DNA of 64,000 bases, from positions 434,001 through 498,000 of the forward strand of contig CATNEN010000005.1 of the NCBI GenBank assembly GCA_950097015.1, read 5' to 3'. Positions 32,217 to 45,605 of this stretch are shown piece by piece (position 1 is the stretch's first letter; each line of letters begins with the position of its first letter). Both the position numbers and the translations under genes were made by a program. The DNA is from Macrostomum hystrix. Its lineage: Eukaryota > Animalia > Platyhelminthes. Under the pieces are notes generated by a model. The model had not been told where the DNA came from. It saw only the letters and a program-made list of their open reading frames with translations, and ran no database searches.

Positions 32217-33379
32217 GTGGTGCATTGAAGACTGTTTCTTTATTTCTCCGGTCCTATTTTTCTGCATTCGCTCACAATACTCAATTTCTCAAATATCTCA
32301 ATTATCAATTGAAGTCCATGTGTCTGTTCTGCGATCATCTCGTACTCTAATATCAGGCTATTTTTATATATTGCTAATCATGCAATTTATTTAGGTGCTC
32401 TGTTTTCACGTGCATTTTTCTGTATATTCAGAGAAAAAAATGTGTTGATACTCAAAATCCTTCCATGCGCTCATGTGCTACTTTCGTTGTCCTTTTTATG
32501 CATTTTGTTTCAGGGCTGAAATATTCCTGAAATATTCTGCAAGCGTATACGTTCATTCTTAACTGCTTCGTGCAATCAGGCTGCATTTACTTTTTGCGTG
32601 TATAGTTATTTTAAGTTAATTTTTCCGTTGGTCCTTTGTTGCTTTAGCAGCTGAATCATAGAAAAAAATGTTTTAAATTGCCTGTTTACTTAAGTAAAGG
32701 AAATTTTGTGCTACATGTTCTATAAATTCTCATAATTTCCTCAAATTTCTATATATTGAAACCATGCGATGTACAATCGTTGTAAACTAACTTTGTCTAA
32801 GCTGCTTACACTTGCAATTTAGCATCAGTGACTGCATTTTCACTTTATGCAAATGTGACTCTTGGCAGCAATGATTACTGAAGTAATCAGGTTTTCCCAT
32901 GCAAGCGCTAGTTGCTTTTATGTGTAATATTCATTTTGATTGAACTTTTTTTAATTTTCTCTTCAATGATAATCACATTAATGTATTTATATAATCACAA
33001 TAATATTATATTATATACAATTATACATGAATAAGTGCCAACAAACATATCACTGTTAATCACTGATTTTGTGTCCTCCAGCATCATAGTCTGCTGAACT
33101 AAACATGTATAGATGGAAGTAGAATGATCCGGTTCTTTTTCATATGTTTTATATTATTTAGAAGTGCATGTCTAGGCATAAATATCTGAATTTTAATATC
33201 TAGTGTAATGCTCTGACATGGGATTTACGTAACTGACAAGCTAAGTACAATTATTAGCAAAGACGGTTAGAAGCTTGCATATGTATTTAGGCATGCACTT
33301 GACACTAGACCCTTGAAATTGAAGTCAAGCTTCTTGTAAGTAAGTGGCCTAAACAATTCCGCCTTTCGATAAAAATTAT

Positions 33380-33972
33380 AATGCATTGATTATAATGGAT
33401 TATTTATAGATTATAATGCATTATTGCTAGATTATAATGCACTACAATATATTATAATGCATTATTAATAGATTATAATGTATTATTAATAGATTATAAT
33501 GTATTATTAATAGATTATAATGTATTATTAATAGATTATAATGTATTATTAATAGATTATAATGTATTATTAATAGATTATAATGTATTATTAATAGATT
33601 ATAATGTATTATTAATAGATTATAATGTATTATTAATAGATTATAATGTATTATTAATAGATTATAATGTATTATTAATAGATTATAATGTATTATTAAT
33701 AGATTATAATGTATTATTAATAGATTATAATGTATTATTAATAGATTATAATGTATTATTAATAGATTATAATGTATTATTAATAGATTATAATGTATTA
33801 TTAATAGATTATAATGTATTATTAATAGATTATAATGTATTATTAATAGATTATAATGTATTATTAATGGATTATAATGTATTATTAATAGATTATAATG
33901 TATTATTAATACATTACAATGCATTATTCATGCATTGCTAAATGCATTATTTTGCATTATTGGCGCCTAGGG
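33380..33972. repeat. Right subterminal 21-bp array (TATTATTAATAGATTATAATG) and right TIR
   Basis: Roughly 20 near-perfect copies at ~33465-33915, flanked by AATGCATT motifs and ending TTATTGGCGCCTAGGG. Confidence 0.92.
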
Positions 33973-34327
33973 AAGGCCAGTTTTGGATAGAAATAAATAC
34001 GTTGTGTGTGTCTGGTACCCTCCAATCCATTGGAGCCTTAAAGACTGGGTGTGATTAATAATTATTAAAAGAGTAATTCTATACAGTTGAAAGTAAAAGT
34101 GTCTTACCGCTCGGGCACTTATGATTTGCTACCGCAGTAATTGAATATATATTAAAGTGTTATACTTCCCTATAAATTGGGAGATTTTAAACATAACGAA
34201 AGTTGACATTTAATAAGCATTTTTGCAGTGGATGAATATAAGTAATTTATAAAGAATAACAATAAAGAGAAGGGCTTTACGATAACTAGTGACGGCTGTG
34301 AGATTTTAATAAAAGAGCCCTACAACA
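33973..34327 (+). repeat. 3' LTR, right part (including the duplicated AA)
   Basis: Resumes with AAGGCCAGTTTTGG where the left part stopped; ends CTACAACA followed by the GATC TSD. Confidence 0.95.
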
Positions 34328-35064
34328 GATCTAATTAATATTCATAAATGAAGCCTTCTAAAATTCAATGAAGCAACAAGGCTTGCAAAATATATTAAAG
34401 AAACGCATTGCATAGGCGTCCTAATAAAATACTAATAAAATCTTTAAGTTAGAAAGTTAAAAAGTTTTATCTCGTCAGCGTGTTTTCGTAAAAAAACATC
34501 ATAAATATTAATAGAAACTTCAAAGTGGTACTCCTGTTATTATAACTAACAGACTAAAATATTAGGATGCTAATTATACATGTAAATCTAAAAAAAATCC
34601 CGAACTAAATATCTAATTCTACGCACCTATTTTTATGCATTGTTTTACAGATATCTAGTTTAACTGTTGTCCGTGCCGGGTAATTTTTGTGTATAATTAG
34701 ATGACAATAATTAAATGACAATTATAAAGTTTACGTGTTTACCCGGATCTGTTAAATAGCGCCCAGAAATATATTGCGCTTAAAATAACTAGGCGTGTTA
34801 AAGAAAAATATTGAAACAGAATGCTGCAGTAACTGTAGGAAACCTTTTTAATTGCTTTAAGGTTATTGTCTATTATTAACGTCAATTAAGCTAGGCGCAT
34901 ATAAATAGGCCTAGTAATAGAATTTTAATTAGGTATGCCTATTTTGGATGAGGCCGCCTCGCTTACTAAGTAGAGCTAAAAATCGATTCAAATTGTGTCT
35001 AGACTAGCTATTAAGTCTACAATGCCAATGGACCAAAGCTGAGACCTGACCCTAACACTTGGGC

Positions 35065-35502
35065 GGTACCTGGACACTTCGTCATCTTACAACTTCGTCA
35101 TCCAGATGACGATCTGTCCAATATCTCAGAGGGGGGATGACGGAGAGACTTAGACTTGTGGACACTTCGTCATCTATAAAACAAAATTTTTCAAAGTTAG
35201 AACAGAGCCACCCCTCCTCACATCGTGTTGGCAATTATCTTTCAACTCTTATAATGAAATCAGTTTTGACACCTCTTTTTGACAATTTAGAGTGTGAAGT
35301 GTGTTCAGACCTCTGCCCCACCACCCCACCCTCACTTTATTGATGACGAACTTGATTGCTTGTTATTAGTAGATGACGAACTGACCAAACTTTAAAGCAT
35401 CCCAATTGGCTGGATTACTGAAGTGTCCTACATTTAACTAAGGCAGTGCCTCAAGACTCAAGTGGATGACAAAGTTGTAAGATGACGAAGTGTCTAGGAT
35501 CC
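35065..35502. mobile_element. Mutator-like MITE (438 bp)
   Basis: TIRs GGTACCTGGACACTTCGTCATCTTACAACTT and GGATCCTAGACACTTCGTCATCTTACAACTT; 9-bp TSD CACTTGGGC at 35056-35064 and 35503-35511. Confidence 0.85.
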
Positions 35503-35956
35503 CACTTGGGCTAGACTAGGCCTAGGGCCTAGGCTCTAGGGCCATAGAAACAATTAGGCCTGTTTCCAAAACATGTTTCCAAAACAGTGTAGGGCCTAAA
35601 ATTTATTTACACTTTAATGCCTCACCAGGCCTAGGCTAGGGGCCTATTGTAACTCAACTTATTAGTGTTTCTTTGCAGTAAAAATGTTCTAGGCTATCTA
35701 ATCAATTTATAGGACTGTAGCCCAGTGCCTAGGAAATGTATTTAGTGATTTTGATTTTTTAAGAAAAATTGTATAAGTTGCTAGGGCCTAAATGATTTCC
35801 TTTTGTCAAAATTTATAGCCATGGTTTAATATAATATATAATTATTGATTAAGTATAGCTAGCATTCAGCCAGTTGCAGTGAGTTGCCTAGCCATTTTGC
35901 TTTTGTAGCCATTTAGTTGTATAGGACCTAGCCATTATGCTAGGATAATGTATCTT

Positions 35957-36441
35957 GGTCCCAGGTCATTTCGGTGACAAGACATTTCAGTGACAGAATT
36001 GGTCAGTTCGGTGACAACTATTTTTGCACCTAAATATGCTGAGAAAACAGTCTTCCATGATCCAGCAGCTGCTTAAAGCCTACACTTGCCTTGTCAATCC
36101 AAAACTTGAAAAATGATTATTATACACATTTATTCAGGAACAAATAACTATTGAAACTATGGACTACTCATTAAATAATTTAATAATTTTACTCATTTAA
36201 AGTAAAACCCAGACTTAATCAGAGCGATGCAGCTTCTTATTAGGCCTAATACTTATAGCATTATTTAATTAATACTTTATAAGTGTGCATAGGTCCTAGT
36301 TAAAATGGAAGGCCGTTTTTTAGCATATTTAGGTGCAAAAATAGTAGTCACCAATCTGACTAATTATGTCACTGAAATGACTTGAGTTGTCACCGAAATG
36401 ACTGTCACCGAAATGTCTTGTCACCGAAATGACCTGGGACC
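35957..36441. mobile_element. MITE with long internally repetitive TIRs (Mutator/Merlin-like, 485 bp)
   Basis: TIR GGTCCCAGGTCATTTCGGTGACAAGACATTTC at both ends; 8-bp TSD TGTATCTT at 35949-35956 and 36442-36449. Confidence 0.88.
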
Positions 36442-37690
36442 TGTATCTTCAACCAAACAAGAATGTGTATTTTTTTAACTTCAAACCAAAGCTACAGATT
36501 TTCTATTTAAGATATGATGATAAATCAAAAGCCAAGTTATAGAAAACAGTTACATCTTTCTAAAAAGTATCTGATTTTGCTATTTTGTCAAATAGAAAAA
36601 AGTTATTCCTGCTTTTCATCTAAAACAGAAGAAAGATTTTCATGTATCTTCAAACCAAATGGAGAATTTGATGTTTGGTTTTACAATTTGAGTGAGTGGT
36701 TTAATCTTAATTTAAGGAGTGAACTATCATGAATTATGTCATTTGAAAGCTTTTTTCATGCTCTATAAATAACTACATTTTTGGTCATTTAATTGGCAAG
36801 CAACCACATACAATCTTTGTCTAAAGTACATACTGAAAAAAATGTTGGTAAAAAGTATTCTTTTGCAATACAAATTTCTACTGAAACATCAATATCTTTC
36901 TTTCCTCTTAATGCTTCATTGCACGTCATGCCTCAGCTTGTAGATAATTTCTTTGACTTTCAAATTAATTGTTCTATGAAAGACAATAGCTTGTTTCTGT
37001 CTTGCACGAGACCAAGGAAGGAGTCAAAATTATTGTTCGGTTTTGAAGATATACTGTTCAGTTTATGATACATTTACCCTATGTAGTCATATCTGCATTT
37101 GCTTTAGTGAGATAAGTGATATATATATATATTTTTTATTCTGAAATTCCTTTTTAGATCGCCAAAAGAATTTGGCATTGCTATTCAGGTCACTTACTAA
37201 ATAAATTTATTAAATCAGCAATGATAATGGTTATTGAGATGAGTGGCAAAGCAGTAAATGTGTTTGTCTTTTGCACAAGCCTTGCCTTTTGTCAAGGCTT
37301 AAGTCACTGTGAAAATGCCTGATCATGAGAATGTCAGAGCAAATGTTCATATTCTTTGTGAGCCAATGCCTACTTTAGAAACCACATGAGCACATACACA
37401 TGTGCTTATGATTCAGCAAAATAGACAAATTGCTTCCTTGCTGGCTGTTAGTCTAGTGTCACTAAATAATGTGCCATTGCCTGCAGCCCTTCTGCAGTTA
37501 CTTTTATAATAATAATTATTATTGTTATGATAATGATTAGCAATATAGTATTTCCACTGTGACAGTTAGGCTATTCTTGTACAATTTAGGAGACATTTAT
37601 GTTATTATGTAGGATGTAGATATCACAGGTTGTCATAATGTTTGTCAAAATCAATCCTGATTTTGGCATATTTCACTTTTCTTTACTCAA

Positions 37691-37975
37691 TCCACTATAC
37701 TAAAAATGAAATGGTTGGTTGGTTGGTTGGTTGCTTGCTTGTAATTGATTTTCTCCCGAACGGCTCAACCGATTTTCACCATTTCTTCACCAAAACATGC
37801 CAAATATGGGGACAATTATACACGTATTTTTATTAAGCTTAACTTTATTGCTAAGGGGATTAAATATTCGAAAAACATGATTTTTTCAAAGGTCAAACCA
37901 TCTAGGCCTATTGAGAATTTTACTCACTGCCACTGAATTAGAATTGCATCGTCAAATTGCGCAACAACCCCTAGC
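37691..37975 (+). mobile_element. Non-autonomous Helitron-like element; 5' end clear, 3' end uncertain
   Basis: A|TC start TCCACTATACTAAAA, then a (TTGG)n microsatellite and AACGGCTCAACCGATTTT, a layout remembered from invertebrate Helitron-N elements. CTAG near 37971 is only a candidate end. Confidence 0.45.
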
Positions 37976-38132
37976 TGATTGAATTTGAAGCCTGCACTCT
38001 GGAGACAAATTGGAAATAAATGTACACAACCAACCGCGAGACTGAGTGTACTCTATTTTCTTACTTCATTGTACAAAGCCAGAACTTTGAGAATTCATTT
38101 TATAAGGCTGATTTCTGCACCCACTAACCAAC

Positions 38133-38201
38133 AGTCGGAATAGCCGATGTGTAGGCACTAGGAATAGGTGAGGCTAGGCTAGGGTTCGATTCTGCACTGC
38201 G
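38133..38201 (+). pseudogene. Degenerate tRNA-like sequence (pseudo-tRNA or SINE head)
   Basis: A-box-like TAGCCGATGTG (38141) and B-box GGTTCGATTC (38183); I cannot fold a full cloverleaf. Confidence 0.25.
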
Positions 38202-38329
38202 TCAAATCATTTAGACTAATTTTCAGCCAGTAGTGATTGAAGATTATTTTAATTTATTTTTTCATTTCGTAAATAAAATATCATAAATCATAGCAAACCT
38301 GAATTTCAATCATGGCAAAAATAGAGCTT

Positions 38330-40320
38330 GAATCATGGCTAAACCAGCGTCTGAATCATGGCTAAACTGGAGTCTGAATCATGGCTAAACCAGAGTCTGA
38401 ATCATGGCTAAACCAGCGTCTGAATCATGGCTAAACCAGAGTCTGAATCATGGCTAAACCAGAGTCTGAATCATGGCTTAACCAGAGTTTGAATCATGGC
38501 TAAACCAGAGTCTGAATCATGGCTAAACCAGAGCCTGAATCATGGCTAAACCAGAGTCTGAATCATGGCTAAACCAGCGTCTGAATCATGGCTAAACCAG
38601 AGTTTGAATCATGGCTAAACCAGAGTTTGAATCATGGCTTAACCAGAGTTTGAATCATGGCTAAACCAGAGTCTGAATCATGGCTTAACCAGAATTTAAA
38701 TCATGGCTAAACCAGAGTCTGAATCATGGCTAAACCAGAGTCTGAATCATGGCTAAACCAGAGTCTGAATCATGGCTAAACCAGCGTCTGAATCATGGCT
38801 AAACCATAGTCTGAATCATGGCTAAAATAGAGTCTGAATCATGGCTAAACCAGCGTCTGAATCATGGCTAAACTAGAGTCTGAATCATGGCTAAACCAGA
38901 GTCTGAATCATGGCTAAACCAGAGTTTGAATCATTGCTAAACCATCGTTTAAATCATGGCTAAACCATCGTTTGAATCATGGCTAAACCATCGTTTGAAT
39001 CATGGCTAAACCATAGTTTGAATCATGGCTAAACCAGAGTTTCAATCATGGCTAAACCAGATCTTGAATCATGACTAAACCAGAGTTTAAATCATGGCTA
39101 AAGCATCGTTTGAATCATGGCTAACCCAGAGTCTGAATCATGGCTAAACCAGATCTTGAATCATGGCTAAACCCGATCTTGAATCATGGCTAAACCAGAG
39201 TTTCAATCATGGCTAAACCAGATCTTGAATCATGACTAAACCAGAGTTTAAATCATGGCTAAAGCATCGTTTGAATCATGGCTAACCCAGAGTCTGAATC
39301 ATGGCTAAACCAGATCTTGAATCATGGCTAAACCCGATCTTGAATCATGGCTAAACCAGAGTTTCAATCATGGCTAAACCAGATCTTGAATCATGACTAA
39401 ACCAGAGTTTAAATCATGGCTAAAGCATCGTTTGAATCATGGCTAACCCAGAGTCTGAATCATGGCTAAACCAGATCTTGAATCATGGCTAAACCCGATC
39501 TTGAATCATGGCTAAACCAGAGTTTCAATCATGGCTAAACCAGATCTTGAATCATGACTAAACCAGAGTTTAAATCATGGCTAAAGCATCGTTTGAATCA
39601 TGGCTAAACCATCGTTTGAATCATGGCTAAACCATCGTTTGAATCATGGCTAAACCAGATTTTGAATCATTGCTAAACCAGATCTTGATTCATGGCTAAA
39701 CCAGAGTTTAAATCATGGCTAAACCAGAGTCTAAATCATGGCTAAACCAGATCTTGAATCATGGCTAAACCATTGTTTGAATCATGGCTAAACCAGAGTC
39801 TGAATCATGGCTAAACCAGAGTCTGAATCATGGCTAAACCAGATCTTGAATCATGGCTAAACCCGATCTTGAATCATGGCTAAACCATCGTTTGAATCAT
39901 GGCTAAACCATCGTTTGAATCATGACTAAACCATCGTTTGAATCATGGCTAAACCAGATTTTGAATCATGGCTAAACCATCGTTTGAATCATGGCTAAAC
40001 CATCGTGTGAATCATGGCTAAACCATCGTTTAAATCATGGCTAAAACATCGTTTAAAATCATGGCTAAACCATCGTTTGAATCATGGCTAAACCAGTTTT
40101 TGAATCATGGCTAAAGCATCGTTTGAATCATGGCTAAACCAGAGTTTCAATCATAGCCAACCAGAGTTTGAATCATGGCTAAACCAGAGTTTGAATCATG
40201 GCTAAACCAGAGTTTGAATCATGGCTAAACCAGAGTTTGAATCATGGCAAAACGAGAGTTTGAATCATAGCCCACCAGGGTTTAAAACATGGCGAAACCT
40301 GAGTTTGAATCTTGGCTAAC
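38330..40320. repeat. 23-bp satellite GAATCATGGCTAAACCAGAGTCT with an internal 161-bp (7-mer) higher-order repeat
   Basis: 23-nt period; diagnostic variant TTTCAATC at 39040, 39201, 39362 and 39523. Confidence 0.96.
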
Positions 40321-40342
40321 CCAGCGTTTGAAAAATCAACGT

Positions 40343-42277
40343 CAACTGGGGAGTCATCATCAAAATGGGGATCATGGTGAACTGGGGGATCATGGTAAAC
40401 TGGGGGATAATTGTCGACTGGGGGATCATTGTCAACTGGGGGATCATTGTCAACTGGGGGATCATTGTCAACTGGGGGATCATTGTCAACTGGGGGATCA
40501 TTGTCAACTGGGGGATCATTGTCAAATGGGGGATCATTGTCAACTGGGGGATCTTTGTCAACTGGGGGTTCATTGTCAACTGGGGGTTCATTGTCAACTG
40601 GGGGATCATTGTCAACTGGGGGATCATTGTGAACTGAGAGATCATTGTCAACTGGGGGGTAATGGTCAACTGGGGGATAGTTGTCAACTGGGGAATCGTC
40701 ATCAACTGGGGATCATCATCAACTGGGGGATCATTGAGAACTGGGGGATCTTTGTCAACTGGGGGATCATTGTGAACTGGGGGATCTTTGTCAACTGGGG
40801 GATCATTGTATACTGTGGGATCATTGTCAACTGGGGGATCATTGTCAACTGGGGGATCATTGTCAACTGGGGGATCGTTGTCAACTGGGGGTTCATTGTC
40901 AACTGGGGGATCATTGTCAACTGGGGGATCATTGTCAACTGGGGGATCATCATCAACTGGGGGATCATTGTCAACTGGGGGATCATTGTCAACTGTGGGA
41001 TCATTGTCAACCGGCGGGATCATTGTCAACTGGGGGATCATTGTCAACTGGGGGATCATTGTCAACTGGGGGATCATTGTCAACTGGGTGATCATTGTCA
41101 AATGGGGGATCATTGTCAACTGGGGGATCATTGTCAACTGGGGGATCATTGTCAACTGGGGGATCATTGTCAACTGGGTGATCATCATCAACTGGGGGAT
41201 CGTTGTCAACTGGGGGAACATTGTCAACTGGAGGAACATTGTTAACTGGGGATCATCATCAATGGGGAGACTTCATCAACTGGGGGATCATTGTGAACTG
41301 GGGGATCTTTGTTAACTGGGGGATCATTGTCAACTGGGGGATCATTGTCAACTGGGGGATCATTGTCAACTGGGGGATCATCATCAACTGGGTGATAATT
41401 GTGAACTGGGGGATCTTTGTCAACTGGGGGATCATTGTCAACTGGGGGATCATTTTCAACTGGGGGATCATCATCAACTGGGGGATCATCATCAACTGGG
41501 TGATCATTGGGAACTGGGGGATCTTTGTCAACTGGGGGATCATTGTCCACTGTGGGATCATTGTCAACTGGGGGATCATTGTCAACTGGGGGATCGTTGT
41601 CAACTGTGGGATCATTGTCAACCGGCGGGATCATTGTCAACTGGGGGATCATTGTCAACTGTGGGATCATTGTCAACTGGGGGAACATTGTCAACTGGAG
41701 GAACATTGTTAACTAGGGATCATCATCAATGGGGAGACTTCATCAACTGGGGGATCATTGTCAACTGGGGGATCATTCTCAACTGGGGGATCATCATCAA
41801 CTGGGGGATCATTGTCAACTGGGGGATCATTGTCAACTGGGGGATCATTGTCAACTGGGGGATCTTTGTTAACTGGGGGATCATTGTCAACTGGGGGATC
41901 ATTGTCAACTGGGGGATCATTGTCAACTGGGGGATCATTTTCAACTGGGGGATCATCATCAACTGGGGGATCATCATCAACTGGGTGATCATTGTGAACT
42001 GGGGGATCTTTGTCAACTGGGGGATCATTGTCAACTGTGGGATCATTGTCAACTGGGGGATCATTGTCAACTGGGGGATCATTTTCAACTGGGGGATCAT
42101 CATCAACTGGGGGATCATCATCAACTGGGTGATCATTGTGAACTGGGGGATCATTGTCAACTGTGGGATCATTGTCAACTGGGGGATCATTGTCAAATGG
42201 GGGATCATTGTCAACTGGGTGATCGTTGTCAACTGGGGGATCATTGTCAACTGGGGGATCATTGTCAACTGGGGGAT
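40343..42277. repeat. 18-bp satellite TGTCAACTGGGGGATCAT
   Basis: About 100 copies; variant blocks (TGTCAACCGGCGGG and GGAGGAACATTG...GGGGAGACTT) each occur twice. Confidence 0.96.
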
Positions 42278-42473
42278 CAATGTAGAATTAAAAAGCTGTA
42301 AATTCAGCTGCTAAAAAGTATATTATAGACGAATTAAAAGTATTTCTGCTCCCCGAAGGGGGGCAAAACTTGCTAGTTAATGTTGCTGAAAACAAATTTA
42401 TAATGTAAACAAATGAAAACTATATACCATTTCTCTTTCTCTTCTCTTAGCTTTTCAGCATCACTCGATTTGA

Positions 42474-42899
<426 letters not shown>

Positions 42900-44078
42900 A
42901 AGCTGTTGGACAAGCTTCTGTAAAAAAGCGCATTATCAGTGACGCAACTAACTATCAGTTAATCCACCCTGCTTTTGTCATCAACTTCTCTGTTGTTTTC
43001 CTTAGTATAAAAGCTACTGTCCTAAAATGTCTTACAACCGAAATATCTATTAAGCTATTTGTGTGTTTTGTAAATTTTTATTCAGTTTGTGAAATAAACT
43101 TAAACTTGTCCTTTTGTCTTAACTATCTCTCTGGACTTTCTCTCTGTTTAATTTGACCCTTTAATCGAAAACTGTTTTCTTCACTTATGCACTGTCATTT
43201 AAAATTCCTAAAAAAGTCAATTTAATATATCAATACGTATTCATCAATTTCTATCGTTCTACAAAGGCTCGAAAACATTTACTCTGAAATATATTGTCTC
43301 TTAAATTCAGGTATAAACTTAATTTTGTTTATTTGTCACATTCTAGATTAGCCTAGCAGGTCATTGTGTGTGCGGGCATATCGTTGCTTGTCAAAGGCAG
43401 CAGCTCTCTTTTGCTCTGATAGCAATGTAATTTCTTAAGCAAATATGGTGAATAAATTTTCAATAAAATGTTTTTTTAAACGATAAATACACCTCATAGT
43501 TAACATTTAATAAGTTTATTAATCGATGTGTTTCACATTAAATAAAAAATTCTTAGTTCGCTTTTTTATTTAAAAAAATACCAATTGCATACTACTAAGA
43601 CTAGTCGTAGATCAGTAGTGTCTACTGAAACTTAGAAATTGTTTAGCTGTACATAAAAAGTTTCATGATCAAGAGCAGTATTTTGTTGTCATTGACAACC
43701 ATTTTGCAGATTTCGCGAGTGGATTTTTAGTGCTGCATAAACTTTGAATTCATCATCAACAATATCGTCAAGGCCTTGACTTTTTAGTTTTATGTTCTAC
43801 TTTAAAGTTTTGTTGCTATTTTAGGAAACAGGGCAGCATTCACTGCTGACAGCTCCACTACTTATTTGGGTAGTCTGTATCGTTTATTTGTCATATTTAG
43901 CAAAAGAAAAACAAAAAATATTTCACAAGCTTATGTAATATAGAACCGGTTTAAAACTGGTTTTAGAAGTTAATTAGTGTAAAGAGAAAATATTACAAGG
44001 CAGACAACACAGATTATTTGGGAAATGAATATATTCCAGTTTTTCTCAGTGTTTCCGGGTCACTAAAAATTCGTTTTA

Positions 44079-44570
<492 letters not shown>

Positions 44571-45605
44571 TCAAGCAAGACCGTTAATTTATGCTGAGTA
44601 TTGGTATCTGCGTGAAACTGTCGCCTATGGTCGTCAATTTTCGTCTTCACTTTGGCGACTTCTGATTGGCTGTTTGCACTGCCAACCAGTGACGTTGGCT
44701 TGAATCGCTCCGAGATTGGGGTTGAACATTGTTCAGTGTACATTGACTGCAGGAGCATATTTTAGCATTTACCCTACTGAAAGTAGGTGAGCGAAAATAT
44801 CGCAACTTTTACTCTTCGACTCTTTAACTCTAGCGATGAGTCATCTGGTTCAATTATCGATTTTTTGTTCAGATAACTTTGCCTTGACTGCTGTCTTTGC
44901 ACAGGCTACGACAGGACAGGCATGTGCAGGTCTCATCTCTTTTAATCGGATTTGGCCATAAACGACGACGAAAATGACGACCAATCCCACGAAAGAAGTC
45001 CGCTAAAATGAAATAACGAATTTTCGATACTAAAATTCGAAAACACAAACCTCTAAAATACGTCGCATGATTTCCAGTCCAGAATGATCGATAATTTCAT
45101 ATTAACAGACATTAAAAATGTCCTATTACCACTTGGAGCACGACCTTAGCCCGCCGACATTCATAGTGTCAGGAGCTAGTTGCACGAGGGGTGACACCTC
45201 CCACTTTTTTGCACGAGGGGTGCCGCCCATAACCCATGCAGCCAGTTTGGGTCTGTTCTTGCAAAGGAAGCTGAATGAGATTCGCGTTTTGGGCTCTACA
45301 GCTTTGGTCTACCAGCTCAATTCGCTTGCACGGCTTCAAATGCAATTTTTGGTCGCTTCGCTCGAAGCTTACAGCGCAATTCTACGCTCGTAGCTATATA
45401 TACGCTAATGATCTGAGCTTATAGCTCACTTCGCTCGCAGCTTCAAAAGCTTCTAGCCCGCCTCACAAAAAGTTTTTTTACCCCACGCTTCGCACGTTTC
45501 GCAATGACATCAGAACCTTAACAGAAGAGCACTTAATTAAATCGTTTCGACACCTGCACTTCCGATCAGATATTTGAAACAGCTGGAGTCTTTCATTTAG
45601 ATCTG

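Larger units (their letters stand above)
22882..33972 (+). mobile_element. Autonomous-looking CMC-EnSpm/CACTA-type DNA transposon (11,091 bp) nested in the 3' LTR
   Basis: 17-bp perfect TIR CCCTAGGCGCCAATAAT at both ends, extending imperfectly to ~40 bp. 2-bp TSD AA (22880-22881 and 33973-33974), deduced by comparison with the intact 5' LTR. Subterminal repeats and an EnSpm-type transposase. Confidence 0.93.
14607..34327 (+). mobile_element. Full-length Ty3/gypsy LTR retrotransposon (about 8.6 kb excluding the nested insertion)
   Basis: TGTA...AACA LTRs. 4-bp TSD GATC at 14603-14606 and 34328-34331. PBS, gag, PR-RT-RH-IN pol order and a third ORF. The 3' LTR is split by an 11.1-kb DNA transposon. 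Confidence 0.97.

Noticed and set aside
40289-42314. Long ORFs on both strands (NWGIIV, LGDHCQ, MIPQLT and DNDPPV repeats)
   Set aside because: These are stop-free reading frames of an 18-bp satellite, with no start context or exon signals.
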